A stretch of 64,000 bases of DNA from an uncultured SAR86 cluster bacterium (GTDB taxonomy: Bacteria > Pseudomonadota > Gammaproteobacteria > Magnimaribacterales > D2472), in the NCBI GenBank assembly GCA_902594515.1, contig CACJML010000005.1, forward strand, positions 25,283 through 89,282, written 5' to 3'. The position numbers were made by a program, and so were the translations under genes. Positions 26,785 to 38,429 of the stretch are shown in pieces (position 1 is the stretch's first letter; each line of letters starts with the position of its first letter). The notes beneath the pieces were generated by a model. It made no database searches. It saw only the letters and a list, made by a program, of their open reading frames with translations, and was not told the DNA's origin.

Positions 26785-28131
26785 ATGAGCAAACTTGACT
26801 CTTCAATTTCACCACTTGATTCAAGGTATGCAGCTAAAATTAAACCCATAGCTAAATTTTTTTCAGAGTCTTATCTCAATAAGACTAGATATGAAATTGA
26901 GTTGATGTGGCTAATCTACATTACTAAAAAATTACCAAGTCATTTTGGAAAGCTTTCTCAGGGTAATGAAAAAAAACTTCTTAAACTAGTTAATGATTTT
27001 ACAAAATTAGATGCAAAGAGAGCCAAAACTATTGAGAAGAAAACGAATCATGACGTAAAAGCTATTGAATATTTAATTAGAGAAAAGCTTAACAAGCACC
27101 CTTCCCTTAAAAACTTTAAGAAATATATTCATTTTGGTTTAACCAGTGAAGACATTAATTCGACTTCCTATGCACAAATCATCAACAATGCTAAAGATGA
27201 ATATTTAGAGAAGATCTTGGAGCTTAAAAAGATACTTAAATCTAAGTCTTCTGCTTGGAAAGCTTCACCATTTTTATCCAGAACTCATGGTCAAGCTGCA
27301 TCACCATCTACTTTTGGTAAAGAGATAAATGTTTTTTTGAGCAGACTAGATAATGAAATAAAGACTCTAAAGTCAGTACAGGTAAAAGGTAAATGGGGTG
27401 GCGCCACCGGAAATTTTCATACACTTGTTCTAATTGATGAAAAGAAAAATTGGATTAATTTTATAAAAGGGTTTTTTAAATTTATAAAAACGCCGCTTAA
27501 TACTTTAACCACCCAGATTGAACCTCATGATTGTATTGCTGAGCTTTCTCATTCGATTGTCCGGATCAATAATGTTCTTATTGATATGAATAGGGATATT
27601 TGGATGTATATCTCTAATGATCTTTTTAAATTGAAAGTAATAAAAGGTGAAGTTGGATCATCCACTATGCCACATAAAGTTAATCCAATTGATTTTGAAA
27701 ACTCGGAGGGAAATCTTGAGTTAAGTAATGCGCTATTTACATTCTTTGGCGATAAACTTTCCAAATCAAGATTACAAAGAGATTTAAGTGATTCTACTGT
27801 TCTTAGGAATATTGGGGTGCCATTTGGACATAGCTATCTTGCAATCCAATCTCTAATAAAAGGTTTTTCTAAGCTTGAAGTAAACAAAGAGCAATCTTTA
27901 AAAGAGTTAAATAACAATTGGCAAATTCTTGGAGAAGCTATTCAAACTGTAATGAAGCTTGAAGGATATGATGATGCCTATGAAATCATTAAAGATCTTA
28001 CACGTGGTGAATTGCTCACTGAAAATTCCTATAAATCACTGATTAATTCTTTGGAAATATCGATTAAGTCTAAAAGTAAACTCCTTAAATTGACTCCTGC
28101 TACGTATATTGGGTTAAGTAAATCAATATAA
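26785..28131 (+). CDS. purB: Adenylosuccinate lyase
   Basis: 448 aa with the fumarate-lyase signature SSTMPHKVNPIDFEN. Confidence 0.93.
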   Translation: MSKLDSSISPLDSRYAAKIKPIAKFFSESYLNKTRYEIELMWLIYITKKLPSHFGKLSQGNEKKLLKLVNDFTKLDAKRAKTIEKKTNHDVKAIEYLIREKLNKHPSLKNFKKYIHFGLTSEDINSTSYAQIINNAKDEYLEKILELKKILKSKSSAWKASPFLSRTHGQAASPSTFGKEINVFLSRLDNEIKTLKSVQVKGKWGGATGNFHTLVLIDEKKNWINFIKGFFKFIKTPLNTLTTQIEPHDCIAELSHSIVRINNVLIDMNRDIWMYISNDLFKLKVIKGEVGSSTMPHKVNPIDFENSEGNLELSNALFTFFGDKLSKSRLQRDLSDSTVLRNIGVPFGHSYLAIQSLIKGFSKLEVNKEQSLKELNNNWQILGEAIQTVMKLEGYDDAYEIIKDLTRGELLTENSYKSLINSLEISIKSKSKLLKLTPATYIGLSKSI

Positions 28132-28205
28132 ATATCTTAATTTAGTAGTAAAACTACCAAGATATCTTTAATTTTTTCCTATAAAAACGTAATTTTTATT
28201 ATTTA

Positions 28206-28234
28206 TTGACATAATTTAAGCATTTTATTTTAAT
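28206..28234 (+). promoter_or_regulatory. Predicted sigma70 promoter for isocitrate lyase (TTGACA-N17-TTTAAT)
   Basis: A perfect TTGACA at 28206-28211 and TTTAAT at 28229-28234, read directly. This placement argues against the upstream ATG at 28233 as the start codon. Confidence 0.5.
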
Positions 28235-28259
28235 GCACTACATAATTCCGGAGAAAATT

Positions 28260-29870
28260 ATGTCCAATGTTAAGTTTCTTGATGAAATAGAAAGAATAAA
28301 AAATCTTGATGGTTTTAAAAACTCTAATTGGCAATCCATAAATCCAAACTTTGTAGCAAGAATGTCGCTGCAAAACAAGTTCAAAACTGGATTAGACATA
28401 GCCAGATACACTGCAGATATCATGCGAAAGGATATGGCAGATTATGACAAAGATTCATCTGATTACACTCAATCTTTAGGTTGCTGGCATGGGTTTGTTG
28501 CACAACAAATGATGATGGGTGTTAAGAGAACACAGAATACAACTGATAAAACTTATGTATATCTAAGTGGCTGGATGGTTGCTGCACTCAGGTCTCAATT
28601 TGGTCCCCTTCCTGATCAAAGCATGCACGAAAAAACTGCTGTGCCTGCATTAATTAAAGAGATCTATACATTTCTAAAGCGAGCTGATTCTATTCAACTT
28701 CAACATCTTTTCAATGAATTAGATGACCTTGAATCATCTGGTAAAGATACTTCTGATGTTATGTCTCGAATTGATAATTTTGAAACTCATGTTGTCCCAA
28801 TTATTGCTGATATTGATGCTGGATTTGGTAATGAAGAAGCAACCTATTTGCTTGCTCGAAAAATGATTGAAGCTGGTGCCTGCGCAATTCAAATTGAAAA
28901 TCAAGTTTCTGATGAAAAACAGTGTGGTCATCAGGATGGTAAAGTGACTGTTCCACATGAGGATTTCCTAGCAAAAATTAATGCTGTTAGATATGCATTC
29001 TTGGAGCTAGGTGTTGATAATGGAATTATAGTTGCTCGAACTGATTCATTGGGTGCGGGCTTAACACAAAAGGTACCGGTTTCAAAAACTGATGGAGATT
29101 TGGCTAGCAAATACAATGATTTCCTAGAAACAGAGCCCGTTAATGATGTTAACGATCTAGATGAAAATGATATAACTATTCATCAAGGTGGCAAATTAGT
29201 TCGTCCAATTCGCCTTCCAAATGGTTTATACAGATTTAAAGAGAATACTGGGTTTGATCGGGTTGTTCTTGATTGTGTTACCAGCTTACAAAATGGAGCT
29301 GATCTTTTGTGGATTGAAACTGAGAAACCTAATGTAGAACAGATTGCATCCATGGTGAATGAAATTAAGAAAACAATCCCAAATGCAAAATTAGTTTACA
29401 ACAATTCTCCATCGTTTAACTGGACACTTGCTTTTAGACAACAAGTATTTGAGGAAATGGAAGCAAATGGAGATGACGTTTCCCCCTATCCTAATCCAAA
29501 GGATGATCCCAAGGGTTTAATGGATGAAAAATATGATGATACCGATTTAGGCAAAAAAGCTGATGAACTTATATCTAAATTTCAAGCTGATGGTTCGCGT
29601 GAGGCGGGTATTTTCCATCACCTAATTACACTCCCTACATATCATGAGGCTGCTTTAGGTACCGATATGCTTTCTGAAGGATATTTCGGTGACCTAGGAA
29701 TGCTTGCGTATGTGCAAGGTATTCAAAGGCAGGAAATTAGAAGAGAGATGTCATCAGTAAAACATCAAGATCTCGCAGGATCAACGGTTGGTGACACTCA
29801 TAAAGAATATTTCTCAGGTGAAAATGCGCTTAAAGCATCTGGTGAAGCTAATACTATGAATCAGTTTTAG
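28260..29870 (+). CDS. aceA: Isocitrate lyase (long form)
   Basis: The track ORF begins at 28233. I prefer the ATG at 28260 (GGAGA RBS, MSNVKFLDE...). It carries the ICL signature EKQCGHQDGK. Confidence 0.9.
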   Translation: MSNVKFLDEIERIKNLDGFKNSNWQSINPNFVARMSLQNKFKTGLDIARYTADIMRKDMADYDKDSSDYTQSLGCWHGFVAQQMMMGVKRTQNTTDKTYVYLSGWMVAALRSQFGPLPDQSMHEKTAVPALIKEIYTFLKRADSIQLQHLFNELDDLESSGKDTSDVMSRIDNFETHVVPIIADIDAGFGNEEATYLLARKMIEAGACAIQIENQVSDEKQCGHQDGKVTVPHEDFLAKINAVRYAFLELGVDNGIIVARTDSLGAGLTQKVPVSKTDGDLASKYNDFLETEPVNDVNDLDENDITIHQGGKLVRPIRLPNGLYRFKENTGFDRVVLDCVTSLQNGADLLWIETEKPNVEQIASMVNEIKKTIPNAKLVYNNSPSFNWTLAFRQQVFEEMEANGDDVSPYPNPKDDPKGLMDEKYDDTDLGKKADELISKFQADGSREAGIFHHLITLPTYHEAALGTDMLSEGYFGDLGMLAYVQGIQRQEIRREMSSVKHQDLAGSTVGDTHKEYFSGENALKASGEANTMNQF

Positions 29871-30045
29871 GCGTCAAACAATCCCCCGTGGTGGTGCGTC
29901 CACAAATTTCACAGGGCGCACCCTCCTCTATATTTGCTAATCCACCACAACTACCCACCACAGGTTTATTTTTTAAAATAAGGCCGGTTGCTATCAACGC
30001 AAAAGAAGCGGCAACAACTAAAAAACCTGCTATAAATTCAAACAT
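29854..30045 (-). CDS. nqrM: Na+-NQR maturation factor NqrM (DUF539)
   Basis: 63 aa. One TM plus the Cys motif GSCGG...CEICG. It lies directly downstream of apbE and overlaps the aceA 3' end by 17 nt (convergent). Confidence 0.85.
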   Translation of the reverse strand: MFEFIAGFLVVAASFALIATGLILKNKPVVGSCGGLANIEEGAPCEICGRTTTGDCLTPKTDS

Positions 30046-30054
30046 TACAAAATT

Positions 30055-31026
30055 TTACCATTTTTTTGAGTTTAATCTTGTTCCATCATTCATGAGATAG
30101 GTAATTGCAAGATCCATAGAATTAGCTAGAGCAATACCATCATAAGGTTCAAGTAAATTAAAAAGCGTAGCAAAAGCATCTGCTTCCATGCAGGATATAT
30201 TACCTTTGACAGTTACACTTAAAGATTCGCTTTGAACTGATTGTCCGCTAACTGGATCGATGGTATGCGATATAACTTCATCGTTACTAATATAATAATT
30301 TCTGTATTCGCCCGAGGTAGCAACTGATAAATGAGACTCGTCATTATGCTCAATAGTAAAAATTGCATCATTAATCAGTGATGATGGGTTCTGAACACCG
30401 ACGACCCAGGAATTACCAAGCTTTGAACCTCTAACAATTAGCTCACCACCAATGTCAATTAGATAATTGTTGTGATTATTTTTATCTAAAATTTTTGAGA
30501 TTTGATCCACTGCATAGCCTTTAGCAATTGAGGATAGATCAAACAAAAAATTCTCATTTTTTATAAGTTGATTTCCCGACAATGAAAACTTAGTTTGCAT
30601 TGGTTTGTACTCAGTACGAATATTTTTTAAAACATTAGTTGCGGGCCCAAATCCGAGTTGATTAATCTTATTACCAATTGTTATGTCATACTTTGGGGAA
30701 AGTTGATTAATCTCAATTGCTTTATTTAAGATAATTTTTAAATCATTTGACAGTGTGAACGGATCACTAAGAATATGTTCATTCAAAGCACTAAGCTCTG
30801 AGGCCTTCTTATAATTTGATGCAATTAAATCAATTCGATTGAGTTCATTCTTGATTTGAAGATTCAATTGGTCATTAATATATTTTGACGAGGTGATGTT
30901 GTAACTGGTTCCATATATTGAACCTGAGACTTGATAAAGAGAACTTTGGTTATACTGATATGCTGCGTATATACAAAGACAGCCAACAGTAAAAGCAACT
31001 AGCTTGGATAAATGACTTCTATTCAA
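30055..31026 (-). CDS. apbE: FAD:protein FMN transferase ApbE
   Basis: 323 aa. ApbE-like sequence, in the position after nqrF. Confidence 0.85.
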   Translation of the reverse strand: MNRSHLSKLVAFTVGCLCIYAAYQYNQSSLYQVSGSIYGTSYNITSSKYINDQLNLQIKNELNRIDLIASNYKKASELSALNEHILSDPFTLSNDLKIILNKAIEINQLSPKYDITIGNKINQLGFGPATNVLKNIRTEYKPMQTKFSLSGNQLIKNENFLFDLSSIAKGYAVDQISKILDKNNHNNYLIDIGGELIVRGSKLGNSWVVGVQNPSSLINDAIFTIEHNDESHLSVATSGEYRNYYISNDEVISHTIDPVSGQSVQSESLSVTVKGNISCMEADAFATLFNLLEPYDGIALANSMDLAITYLMNDGTRLNSKKW

Positions 31027-31031
31027 ATAAT

Positions 31032-32261
31032 TTAACCGCCAAAATCATCAAGCATAATATTTTCAGGCTCAACGCCTAAATTAATAAGCATATCTATTAC
31101 AGCTTTATTCATCATTGGGGGTCCACAAAGATAATATTCACAGTCTTCCGGAGCCGGATGAGATTTTAAATAATTATCCAGAAGGACTTGATGTATGAAA
31201 CCTGTTTCACCAGACCAATCGTCTTCAGGTAATGGATCAGATAAAGCCACGTGCCAATTAAAATTCTCATTATCCTCTTGCAGTTTGTCGAACTCATCTA
31301 CATAAAACATTTCTCTGAGGCTTCTTGCTCCATACCAAAATGTAATTTTGCGATTAGTATTAATTCTTAACAGTTGATCAAAAATATGTGCTCGCATTGG
31401 TGCCATTCCAGCACCACCCCCTACAAAGACCATTTCAGCATCAGTTTTGCGAGCAAAAAATTCACCAAACGGTCCAAAAACTCTAACCTTATCACCAGCC
31501 CTTAGATTAAAGACCCATGATGACATAAGGCCAGGAGGTACATCACTGCCCGGTGGCGGAGATGCTATTCTAATATTAAACTTTAAGACACCCTTTTCTT
31601 CTGGATAATTTGCCATTGAATAGGCTCTAATAATAGGCTCATCATTGTTGGCAACATTATCCCAGATTTTAAACTTGTCCCAATCAGAGTGATATTCATC
31701 ATCCACATCAAAAGCTTTGTATGAGAGATCTTCGTATGCTGGTGCTTCAAGTTGAACGTAACCGCCAGCCTTAAAGTTGACCTCCTCACCTTCAGGTAAT
31801 TTGAGGATCAATTCTTTAATAAATGTGGCTACATTATCATTTGAAATTACTTCACACTCCCATTCTTTAACTCCAAATACCTCATCTGGAATTTTAATTT
31901 TAAGATCATTCTTTACAGCAACTTGACATGAAAGTCTCCAACCTTCATTTTGCTCTTTAGATGTAAAGTGAGATTCTTCAGTCGGTAATATAGACCCACC
32001 ACCATCCATAACTAAACACTTGCATTGACTACATGTGCCTCCACCTCCACAAGCAGAAGAGAGAAAAATTTTATTCTCTGCCAGAGTTTGTAAGAGTTTA
32101 GAACCTGCAGGTACCGTAATGGTGTTTGCTGGATCATCGTTTATTTCAATATTTACACTTCCTGTGCTCACCAGCCTGCTTCTTGCAAAAATAATTACAA
32201 GAACAAGCAATAGAACAACACCTGTAAAAGAAACAACACCTAAAATTAAATCAATTTGCAT
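31032..32261 (-). CDS. nqrF: Na+-translocating NADH:quinone oxidoreductase subunit F
   Basis: 409 aa. N-terminal TM, 2Fe-2S motif [12 protein letters not shown] and an FAD/NADH domain (RAYSMAN). Confidence 0.95.
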   Translation of the reverse strand: MQIDLILGVVSFTGVVLLLVLVIIFARSRLVSTGSVNIEINDDPANTITVPAGSKLLQTLAENKIFLSSACGGGGTCSQCKCLVMDGGGSILPTEESHFTSKEQNEGWRLSCQVAVKNDLKIKIPDEVFGVKEWECEVISNDNVATFIKELILKLPEGEEVNFKAGGYVQLEAPAYEDLSYKAFDVDDEYHSDWDKFKIWDNVANNDEPIIRAYSMANYPEEKGVLKFNIRIASPPPGSDVPPGLMSSWVFNLRAGDKVRVFGPFGEFFARKTDAEMVFVGGGAGMAPMRAHIFDQLLRINTNRKITFWYGARSLREMFYVDEFDKLQEDNENFNWHVALSDPLPEDDWSGETGFIHQVLLDNYLKSHPAPEDCEYYLCGPPMMNKAVIDMLINLGVEPENIMLDDFGG

Positions 32262-32270
32262 AAGACCTCA

Positions 32271-32882
32271 CTAAAGCGAAATTCCCCCAAATGACATAAA
32301 ACCAAAACTCATTAAACCGACTATGATAAATGTAATACCTAGGCCCTGAAGTCCTTCAGGAATATCAGCATATTTTAACTTTTCTCTAATCCCAGCCAAA
32401 ATTACAATTGCCATAGCCCAACCAACGCCTGCACCCAAGCCATAGACAACACTTTCACCAAACTTAAGGTCTTTTTCAACCATGAAAAGTGAGGCACCAA
32501 GAATGGCGCAATTAACTGTAATTAATGGAAGGAAAACACCTAAAGCATTATACAAAGCAGGTACAAATTTATCTAAAAACATTTCTAGAATTTGAACAGC
32601 AGCTGCAATCACACCTATGTAACTAATTAAGCCAACAAATTGTAAATTTGCCTCAGGTAATCCAGCCCATGCTAGTGCGCCCTCTCTGAGAACATTGTTG
32701 TATATAAAATTATTTAAAGGCACCGTAATAAGACAAACAACGATAACTGCTATACCAAGACCAAATGCAGCATCAATCTTTTTAGAAATAGCTATAAATG
32801 TACACATGCCTAAAAATACTGACAAAGCTATATTCTCTATAAAAACAGTAGTTAAGAATATATTGAGATAATGCTCAAACAT
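32271..32882 (-). CDS. nqrE: Na+-NQR subunit E
   Basis: 203 aa polytopic protein in operon position. Confidence 0.93.
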   Translation of the reverse strand: MFEHYLNIFLTTVFIENIALSVFLGMCTFIAISKKIDAAFGLGIAVIVVCLITVPLNNFIYNNVLREGALAWAGLPEANLQFVGLISYIGVIAAAVQILEMFLDKFVPALYNALGVFLPLITVNCAILGASLFMVEKDLKFGESVVYGLGAGVGWAMAIVILAGIREKLKYADIPEGLQGLGITFIIVGLMSFGFMSFGGISL

Positions 32883-33558
32883 TTATTTCTCTCTTTTCGT
32901 AATTAGGCGACACGTCATGCTTTGACAGACTGAAATCTTTTTCTTCAACTTGCTCTTTATTAAAGACTCTTATAACCCAGATTAATAAGCCAATAATAAT
33001 AAATGAACTGGGTGGCAATAAGAGTAAATTATTTGCTGGATACCAACCACCGTTAGAGACTAAGGGAAAGATTTCTACTCCCATTAGTGTTCCGGCTCCA
33101 AATAGCTCTCTTATAACTGCAACAACGATCAAAATAAAGCTGTACCCCAAGCCATTCCCTAGACCATCTATAAAACTTGGAAATGGTTTCTCTTTCATAG
33201 CAAAAGCTTCAGCCCTACCCATCACAATACAATTGGTAATAATCAAGCCTACAAAAACTGATAGCTTCTTACTTGTCTCATAGTCATAAGCCTTAAGCAA
33301 CTCATCAACAACAATCACAAGTGATGCGATGATCGTCATCTGAACAATAATCCTCACACTGGAAGGGATATGATTTCTTATAATTGATATGAATAAATTA
33401 GATAAAGAAACAACGCTTGTAAGGGCGACGCACATGATTAGTGTGACCGTAAGATTGCTGGTTACAGCAAGAGCTGAACAAATTCCTAAAATCTGAAGCG
33501 TGATAGGATTTTCAGCAATGATAGGCTTTACAAGAATTTCTTTATATTTATTAGCCAT
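32875..33558 (-). CDS. nqrD: Na+-NQR subunit D
   Basis: 227 aa polytopic protein in operon position. Confidence 0.93.
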   Translation of the reverse strand: MANKYKEILVKPIIAENPITLQILGICSALAVTSNLTVTLIMCVALTSVVSLSNLFISIIRNHIPSSVRIIVQMTIIASLVIVVDELLKAYDYETSKKLSVFVGLIITNCIVMGRAEAFAMKEKPFPSFIDGLGNGLGYSFILIVVAVIRELFGAGTLMGVEIFPLVSNGGWYPANNLLLLPPSSFIIIGLLIWVIRVFNKEQVEEKDFSLSKHDVSPNYEKREINV

Positions 33559-34327
33559 TCTTTAAGTTCTCCAAAACCTGCTTGTATCCTGATTCACCAA
33601 ACCAATAGGCAAGCATATTTGTTACACCTCTGCTCGTTAAGGTAGCGCCTGATAAACCATCAACCTTATAATCAATATTTTGATCTTGTGGATTCACAGC
33701 ACCCTTAATAACTTCAAGTGATACATTTTTATTGTTGTTGTATACCTTCTTACCAATCCAAATCTTTTTCCATCTTGGATTATCTACCTCACCACCTAGA
33801 CCAGGTGTTTCTTTATGACTATAAAACTCTAGGCCCTCAACAGTATTTAAATCTTCAGCTAATGAGATATATCCAAAAAGTGTGCCCCAAAGCCCATAAC
33901 CCCTAATTGGAAGAACAACTTTATTGATTAAGTTATTCTCATCACGAAGAATAAAAATTTTTCCATAATTTTCTTTATTTTTGACAATCGCAATATCTTC
34001 ATCATTTGGAATAGCCGTAAAGAATCCATCTTTCCTTGAATATTCAACAGGATCATATGAATCAAGATCAAGCCCCTCAATTGCTGAAACAATCTGATTA
34101 TTAGAAAAGTCTATGAACATAGCTTCGAGTACAGAAAATTGTTCTTCAATATTAGTATTAGATTCATCATATATACCTGCGGCTTGAAGAACTTTAACTC
34201 TTTGGTCATTAATTTTATTAAGATTTTGAGTATCTCTTAAGTTAACCGCAGCAAATGAAACAAATAGGGAACACACTAAGCATACTGCGAATGCAACACT
34301 TAAAGTTTTAATGATCGAATCATTCAT
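33551..34327 (-). CDS. nqrC: Na+-NQR subunit C
   Basis: 258 aa with the FMN-attachment motif [11 protein letters not shown]. Confidence 0.93.
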   Translation of the reverse strand: MNDSIIKTLSVAFAVCLVCSLFVSFAAVNLRDTQNLNKINDQRVKVLQAAGIYDESNTNIEEQFSVLEAMFIDFSNNQIVSAIEGLDLDSYDPVEYSRKDGFFTAIPNDEDIAIVKNKENYGKIFILRDENNLINKVVLPIRGYGLWGTLFGYISLAEDLNTVEGLEFYSHKETPGLGGEVDNPRWKKIWIGKKVYNNNKNVSLEVIKGAVNPQDQNIDYKVDGLSGATLTSRGVTNMLAYWFGESGYKQVLENLKNG

Positions 34328-35559
34328 GATGCTAGTGCCCTTTCACGTTTTTTGATGTTTGAATTTACGACAAGGTGATCTATCACTGGTGCAAGTAGAT
34401 TAGCAAATAAAATTGCAAGCATCATGCCTTCAGGGAAAGCAGGATTAATTACCCTAATTAAAATAACAGTTACACCAATTACACCACCGTAAATCCACCT
34501 GCCTGCATTTGTACCTGAACCCGAAACAGGCTCTGTGGCCATAAAAACCAAACCAAAGGCAAAACTACCTATAACTAAATGCCAATACCAAGGAACGTTA
34601 AACATTGGATTAGTGTCTGATCCAACAATATTGAGGATACTGGTCATTAGAATCATCCCAATTAATGTACCTAATATAATTCGATATGAAGCAACTCTCG
34701 TCATCAATAAAATAATTGCCGAAACAGCAATTAGTAATACGGAGGTTTCACCAACGGATCCAGGTATAAATCCAAAGAAAGCATCAGACCAACTAAAATT
34801 AGCTTCTAGACCATTAGTTCCTGATTCAGCTGCATAAGCCAAGGGTGTAGCTCCACTATAACCCTCAGGAACAATGTTTTGATCCGACAGTCCAGCTATC
34901 CAAACTCTGTCTCCAGAAATTTGGCTTGGGTAAGCAAAATAAAGAAATGCTCTACCGGTTAGAGCGGGATTAAGAAAGTTTTTACCTGTTCCGCCAAATA
35001 TTTCTTTTCCAATAACGATTCCAAAAGTCATACCAAGAGCAGCTTGCCATAAGGGTAAATCTGGCGGACATGTAAGAGCAAATAAAACCGATGAAACAAA
35101 TAAACCTTCATTGATTTCATGTTTTCTAATAACGGCAAAAACTATTTCCCAAAATATCCCGACCGTAAAAGCAACAAAATATATAGGAACAAAATATACT
35201 GCTCCAAACCAAAACTTTGAGAAAACTGTTGGATTTTCATAACCAACAATGGATATTAATAGATGATGCCAGTCACCAGTATTGGTTGCCCCAATTGTAT
35301 TTAGGTAATTTAAGCCATAATCTCCAATGTTGTACATACCAAAAAACATCACTGGGAATGTCGATAGCCATACAATCACCATAACCCTCTGAATATCAAT
35401 CGAGTCCCTTACATGTATCGGGTTTGCTGTTTTAGATTTAGATGAGAAAATAAAATTTTCAATAGCATCAAAAATTGGGAACCATTTAGAATACTTTCCT
35501 TGGCCAACGAATAAAGGTTTCTGGTTATCAATAAAGTTTCTAAGAATAGGTAACTTCAT
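34324..35559 (-). CDS. nqrB: Na+-NQR subunit B
   Basis: 411 aa polytopic protein with the YSGATPL FMN-attachment motif. Confidence 0.93.
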   Translation of the reverse strand: MKLPILRNFIDNQKPLFVGQGKYSKWFPIFDAIENFIFSSKSKTANPIHVRDSIDIQRVMVIVWLSTFPVMFFGMYNIGDYGLNYLNTIGATNTGDWHHLLISIVGYENPTVFSKFWFGAVYFVPIYFVAFTVGIFWEIVFAVIRKHEINEGLFVSSVLFALTCPPDLPLWQAALGMTFGIVIGKEIFGGTGKNFLNPALTGRAFLYFAYPSQISGDRVWIAGLSDQNIVPEGYSGATPLAYAAESGTNGLEANFSWSDAFFGFIPGSVGETSVLLIAVSAIILLMTRVASYRIILGTLIGMILMTSILNIVGSDTNPMFNVPWYWHLVIGSFAFGLVFMATEPVSGSGTNAGRWIYGGVIGVTVILIRVINPAFPEGMMLAILFANLLAPVIDHLVVNSNIKKRERALAS

Positions 35560-36863
35560 GCCATCTCCTCAAATATAAGATCTAAATTTTCTTGAAGAAT
35601 TGTTTGGTAGTCGTATTTACTTGGACATACATAGCTTGATAAAGCTAAATCTTCAGGTGCAAGTTCAAGAACTCCTAGTTTTACGCCAAGTTCGATATCC
35701 TTTGTTACTAACGCTTTAAGGAGTTGTGTAGCTAATATATTGAGAGGCATTACCTCTTCATATGGTGGAAGTGGAACTATAGCTCTATTACCTCCGTTTA
35801 TAGATGTATTAAAGATAAATTTCTTAGGTTTAATCCATGATGATAAGAATGCACCCATTTGAGAATGAAGTTTCGAGCCTGGCATTGCCCAATTAAATAG
35901 AATGTCATTAGCTTCGTCTGGTAGGACAGATATTTGATTATCAAAAGCCCCAACATAACTCATTACATCTTTAGCATGAATGCCATTCAAAACGGATCCT
36001 GCAATTACCCTTGTGTTGTCTTTAATCTTACCAGCTGTTAATTGATCAATGTTTGCACCAGCATTAGTTTTGAGAATCTTTGGTTCATAGACACCTTCGC
36101 CGCCAAGTGAAACATATTTATCCAGTTTTATATTTCCAGTTGTAAAGAGATGACCAATCGCAATCACTTCTTGATAGCCAATTGTCCATACTTGACGTTT
36201 TAAACTAACAGGTAAAGTAAAATGAACTTGAGTACCTACCAGTCCAGCAGGATGCTTGCCTTTAAATTCTTTAAAATTGATATTTGAAACCGATGATGGT
36301 TTCTCACCAACATAAGAACAAAAAACCGGTACATCAGTCTCAAAAATATTTGATATTACATTCAAACCCTTATCGAAATTATTTTGTTCATGCTTGATAA
36401 TGGAGGTTGGACTTACGGCTAATGGATTTGTATCGCATGCATTTACAAATATTGCAGTAGGCTTTGATCCTATAATAGGAACTCTATTAAAGGGCCTTGT
36501 CTTAAAGAAAGCAAAATAACCACTTTCCTCTAAGCATTTAATTGAGTCTGTTGTATCAAATTGTATTGGATTTATCGAATCATCTAAATCAATTGATATA
36601 CTTAAAAACTTTCTTTTATCCCCACGATTAATTTCAGCAATACTTCCAGATCCTGGAGACGTTATAAAAGATCCAGGATTTTTTTTATTTTCAAAAAGCT
36701 TATCTCCAGCTCGAACTGTATCACCAATATTTACCATCATGGTTGGCTTCAAACCCGGATAATCAGATGCTACAACACCCACTGAGCGAACGGCAGAATT
36801 TTCTACCTCATTTGATGGCATTCCTGAAATTGGTATATCTAATCCTTTGGAGATTTTAATCAC
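35556..36863 (-). CDS. nqrA: Na+-NQR subunit A
   Basis: 435 aa with a GTG start. (M)IKISKGLDIPISG is a typical NqrA N-terminus. Confidence 0.93.
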   Translation of the reverse strand: MIKISKGLDIPISGMPSNEVENSAVRSVGVVASDYPGLKPTMMVNIGDTVRAGDKLFENKKNPGSFITSPGSGSIAEINRGDKRKFLSISIDLDDSINPIQFDTTDSIKCLEESGYFAFFKTRPFNRVPIIGSKPTAIFVNACDTNPLAVSPTSIIKHEQNNFDKGLNVISNIFETDVPVFCSYVGEKPSSVSNINFKEFKGKHPAGLVGTQVHFTLPVSLKRQVWTIGYQEVIAIGHLFTTGNIKLDKYVSLGGEGVYEPKILKTNAGANIDQLTAGKIKDNTRVIAGSVLNGIHAKDVMSYVGAFDNQISVLPDEANDILFNWAMPGSKLHSQMGAFLSSWIKPKKFIFNTSINGGNRAIVPLPPYEEVMPLNILATQLLKALVTKDIELGVKLGVLELAPEDLALSSYVCPSKYDYQTILQENLDLIFEEMA

Positions 36864-36924
36864 TGTCTACGGTTAAAAAAGACGTTGAAATTATAATTCT
36901 AAAACCCTTTAGATTCTAGAGAAA

Positions 36925-38421
36925 TTAGTTAATTGATAGAGGTAAAATAGGTAGTTCAATATGCGCTATTTTACGTGTTAAATTAAGCACTTGTTTCGAA
37001 TATCCATACTCATTGTCATACCAGCAATATAAAGTTACTTTTTTACCATCTGCAATGGTTGCTTGCGCATCAATAACAGAGGCAAACTCACTCGAGTAAA
37101 AGTCTGTTGAAACAATTTCTGATGAATTTACGAATCCTAAAATTTTTCTATATTCTGATCTAAATGCAGAATCTCTTAAAAAAGTATTTAGCTCATTCTT
37201 TTCTACTTCTTCATTTAGATTAAGCACTAAAACAGCAAGGCTTACATTTGGTGTTGGGACTCTTATAGCATTTCCAGTTAACTTGTTCTCCAACTCAGGA
37301 ATAGCTTTTGCAACAGCTTTAACTGCACCAGTTGATGTAATCACCATATTCAAGGCAGCACTCCTACCTCTTCGATCTCCTTTATGATAGTTATCAATTA
37401 AATTTTGATCATTTGTGTATGAATGCACTGTTTCAATATGACCTGAATTGATCTTATATTTATCATTCATAATCTTTAAAACTGGGACTATTGCGTTAGT
37501 GGTACATGATGCAGCAGAAATAATTTGATCTTTTTCATCAAGTATCTCTTCATTAACACCAAAAACTATATTTTTAATACTTCCTTTGCCAGGTGCAGTC
37601 AGAACTACTTTATCAGCACCAGTTTCTAGATGTTTTGATAAGCCTGCTTCATCTCTCCATACACCTGTATTGTCAATTACTATTGGTTTATCAATATCAA
37701 AATCAGAATATTTAAAGGATTCTGGACCACTTGCATATATAAACTTGATTGGATTACCGTTAACTATCAATGAATCACTATCAGAATCAACTCTTATGGT
37801 CCCTGAAAATTTTCCATGGACCGAATCACGTCTAAGCAACGAAGCTCTTTTAAGTAAATCGTCATCACTAGCTCCTTTTCTTACAACAACAGCTCTAAGT
37901 CTAAAATAATTACCAGGACCCGTAGTCTCAACTAATAACCTTGCCATCAACCTTCCTATTCTACCGAAACCATACAAAACAATATCTTTAGATGATTCAG
38001 GTCTTTTAGATTCAACATCTATAACACTACTCAGTTCTTTATTTAGATATTCATCTATTTTTTCTAAAGGGTTATCTCTTAATTCTTTAAAAAATGGACA
38101 TCTAAGCGTTAGTTCTCCAATATCAATTTCACAATCAGCAAGATTTAGAGTTACCAATCTCTGAAGAATAGGAAATGTTTCAAGTTCACTTAGCTCATTG
38201 TTATCAACTTGGCGAGCAAATCTATGGGCTTTTAAGATCTCACTTGATGAATTATTTACTAATGATTGACCGTAGATCAATATGTTAATTCCATTTCTAT
38301 AAAGATTACCAATTAAAGGTATCATTAACTCAGAAAGCCCTTCTCTCCATTTCCAATCACCAAAATAGTCATCAGGTTTCTCCCTTTTCCTGAGATCTGG
38401 ATTTTGAGTAAGGTCTTTCAC
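36925..38421 (-). CDS. gap: Glyceraldehyde-3-phosphate dehydrogenase, long form with an N-terminal extension of about 145 aa
   Basis: 498 aa. The Rossmann motif GFGRIGR begins only around aa 150, and the catalytic ASCTTNA motif is present. From memory, a similar long Gap sits between nqr and mfd in Pseudomonas. Confidence 0.8.
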   Translation of the reverse strand: MKDLTQNPDLRKREKPDDYFGDWKWREGLSELMIPLIGNLYRNGINILIYGQSLVNNSSSEILKAHRFARQVDNNELSELETFPILQRLVTLNLADCEIDIGELTLRCPFFKELRDNPLEKIDEYLNKELSSVIDVESKRPESSKDIVLYGFGRIGRLMARLLVETTGPGNYFRLRAVVVRKGASDDDLLKRASLLRRDSVHGKFSGTIRVDSDSDSLIVNGNPIKFIYASGPESFKYSDFDIDKPIVIDNTGVWRDEAGLSKHLETGADKVVLTAPGKGSIKNIVFGVNEEILDEKDQIISAASCTTNAIVPVLKIMNDKYKINSGHIETVHSYTNDQNLIDNYHKGDRRGRSAALNMVITSTGAVKAVAKAIPELENKLTGNAIRVPTPNVSLAVLVLNLNEEVEKNELNTFLRDSAFRSEYRKILGFVNSSEIVSTDFYSSEFASVIDAQATIADGKKVTLYCWYDNEYGYSKQVLNLTRKIAHIELPILPLSIN

Positions 38422-38429
38422 TGAACCGA

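Noticed and set aside
28141-28175. Short hairpin GTAGT-AAA-ACTAC after purB, a possible terminator.
   Set aside because: The stem is only 5 bp with a 3-nt loop, which is too weak to call.
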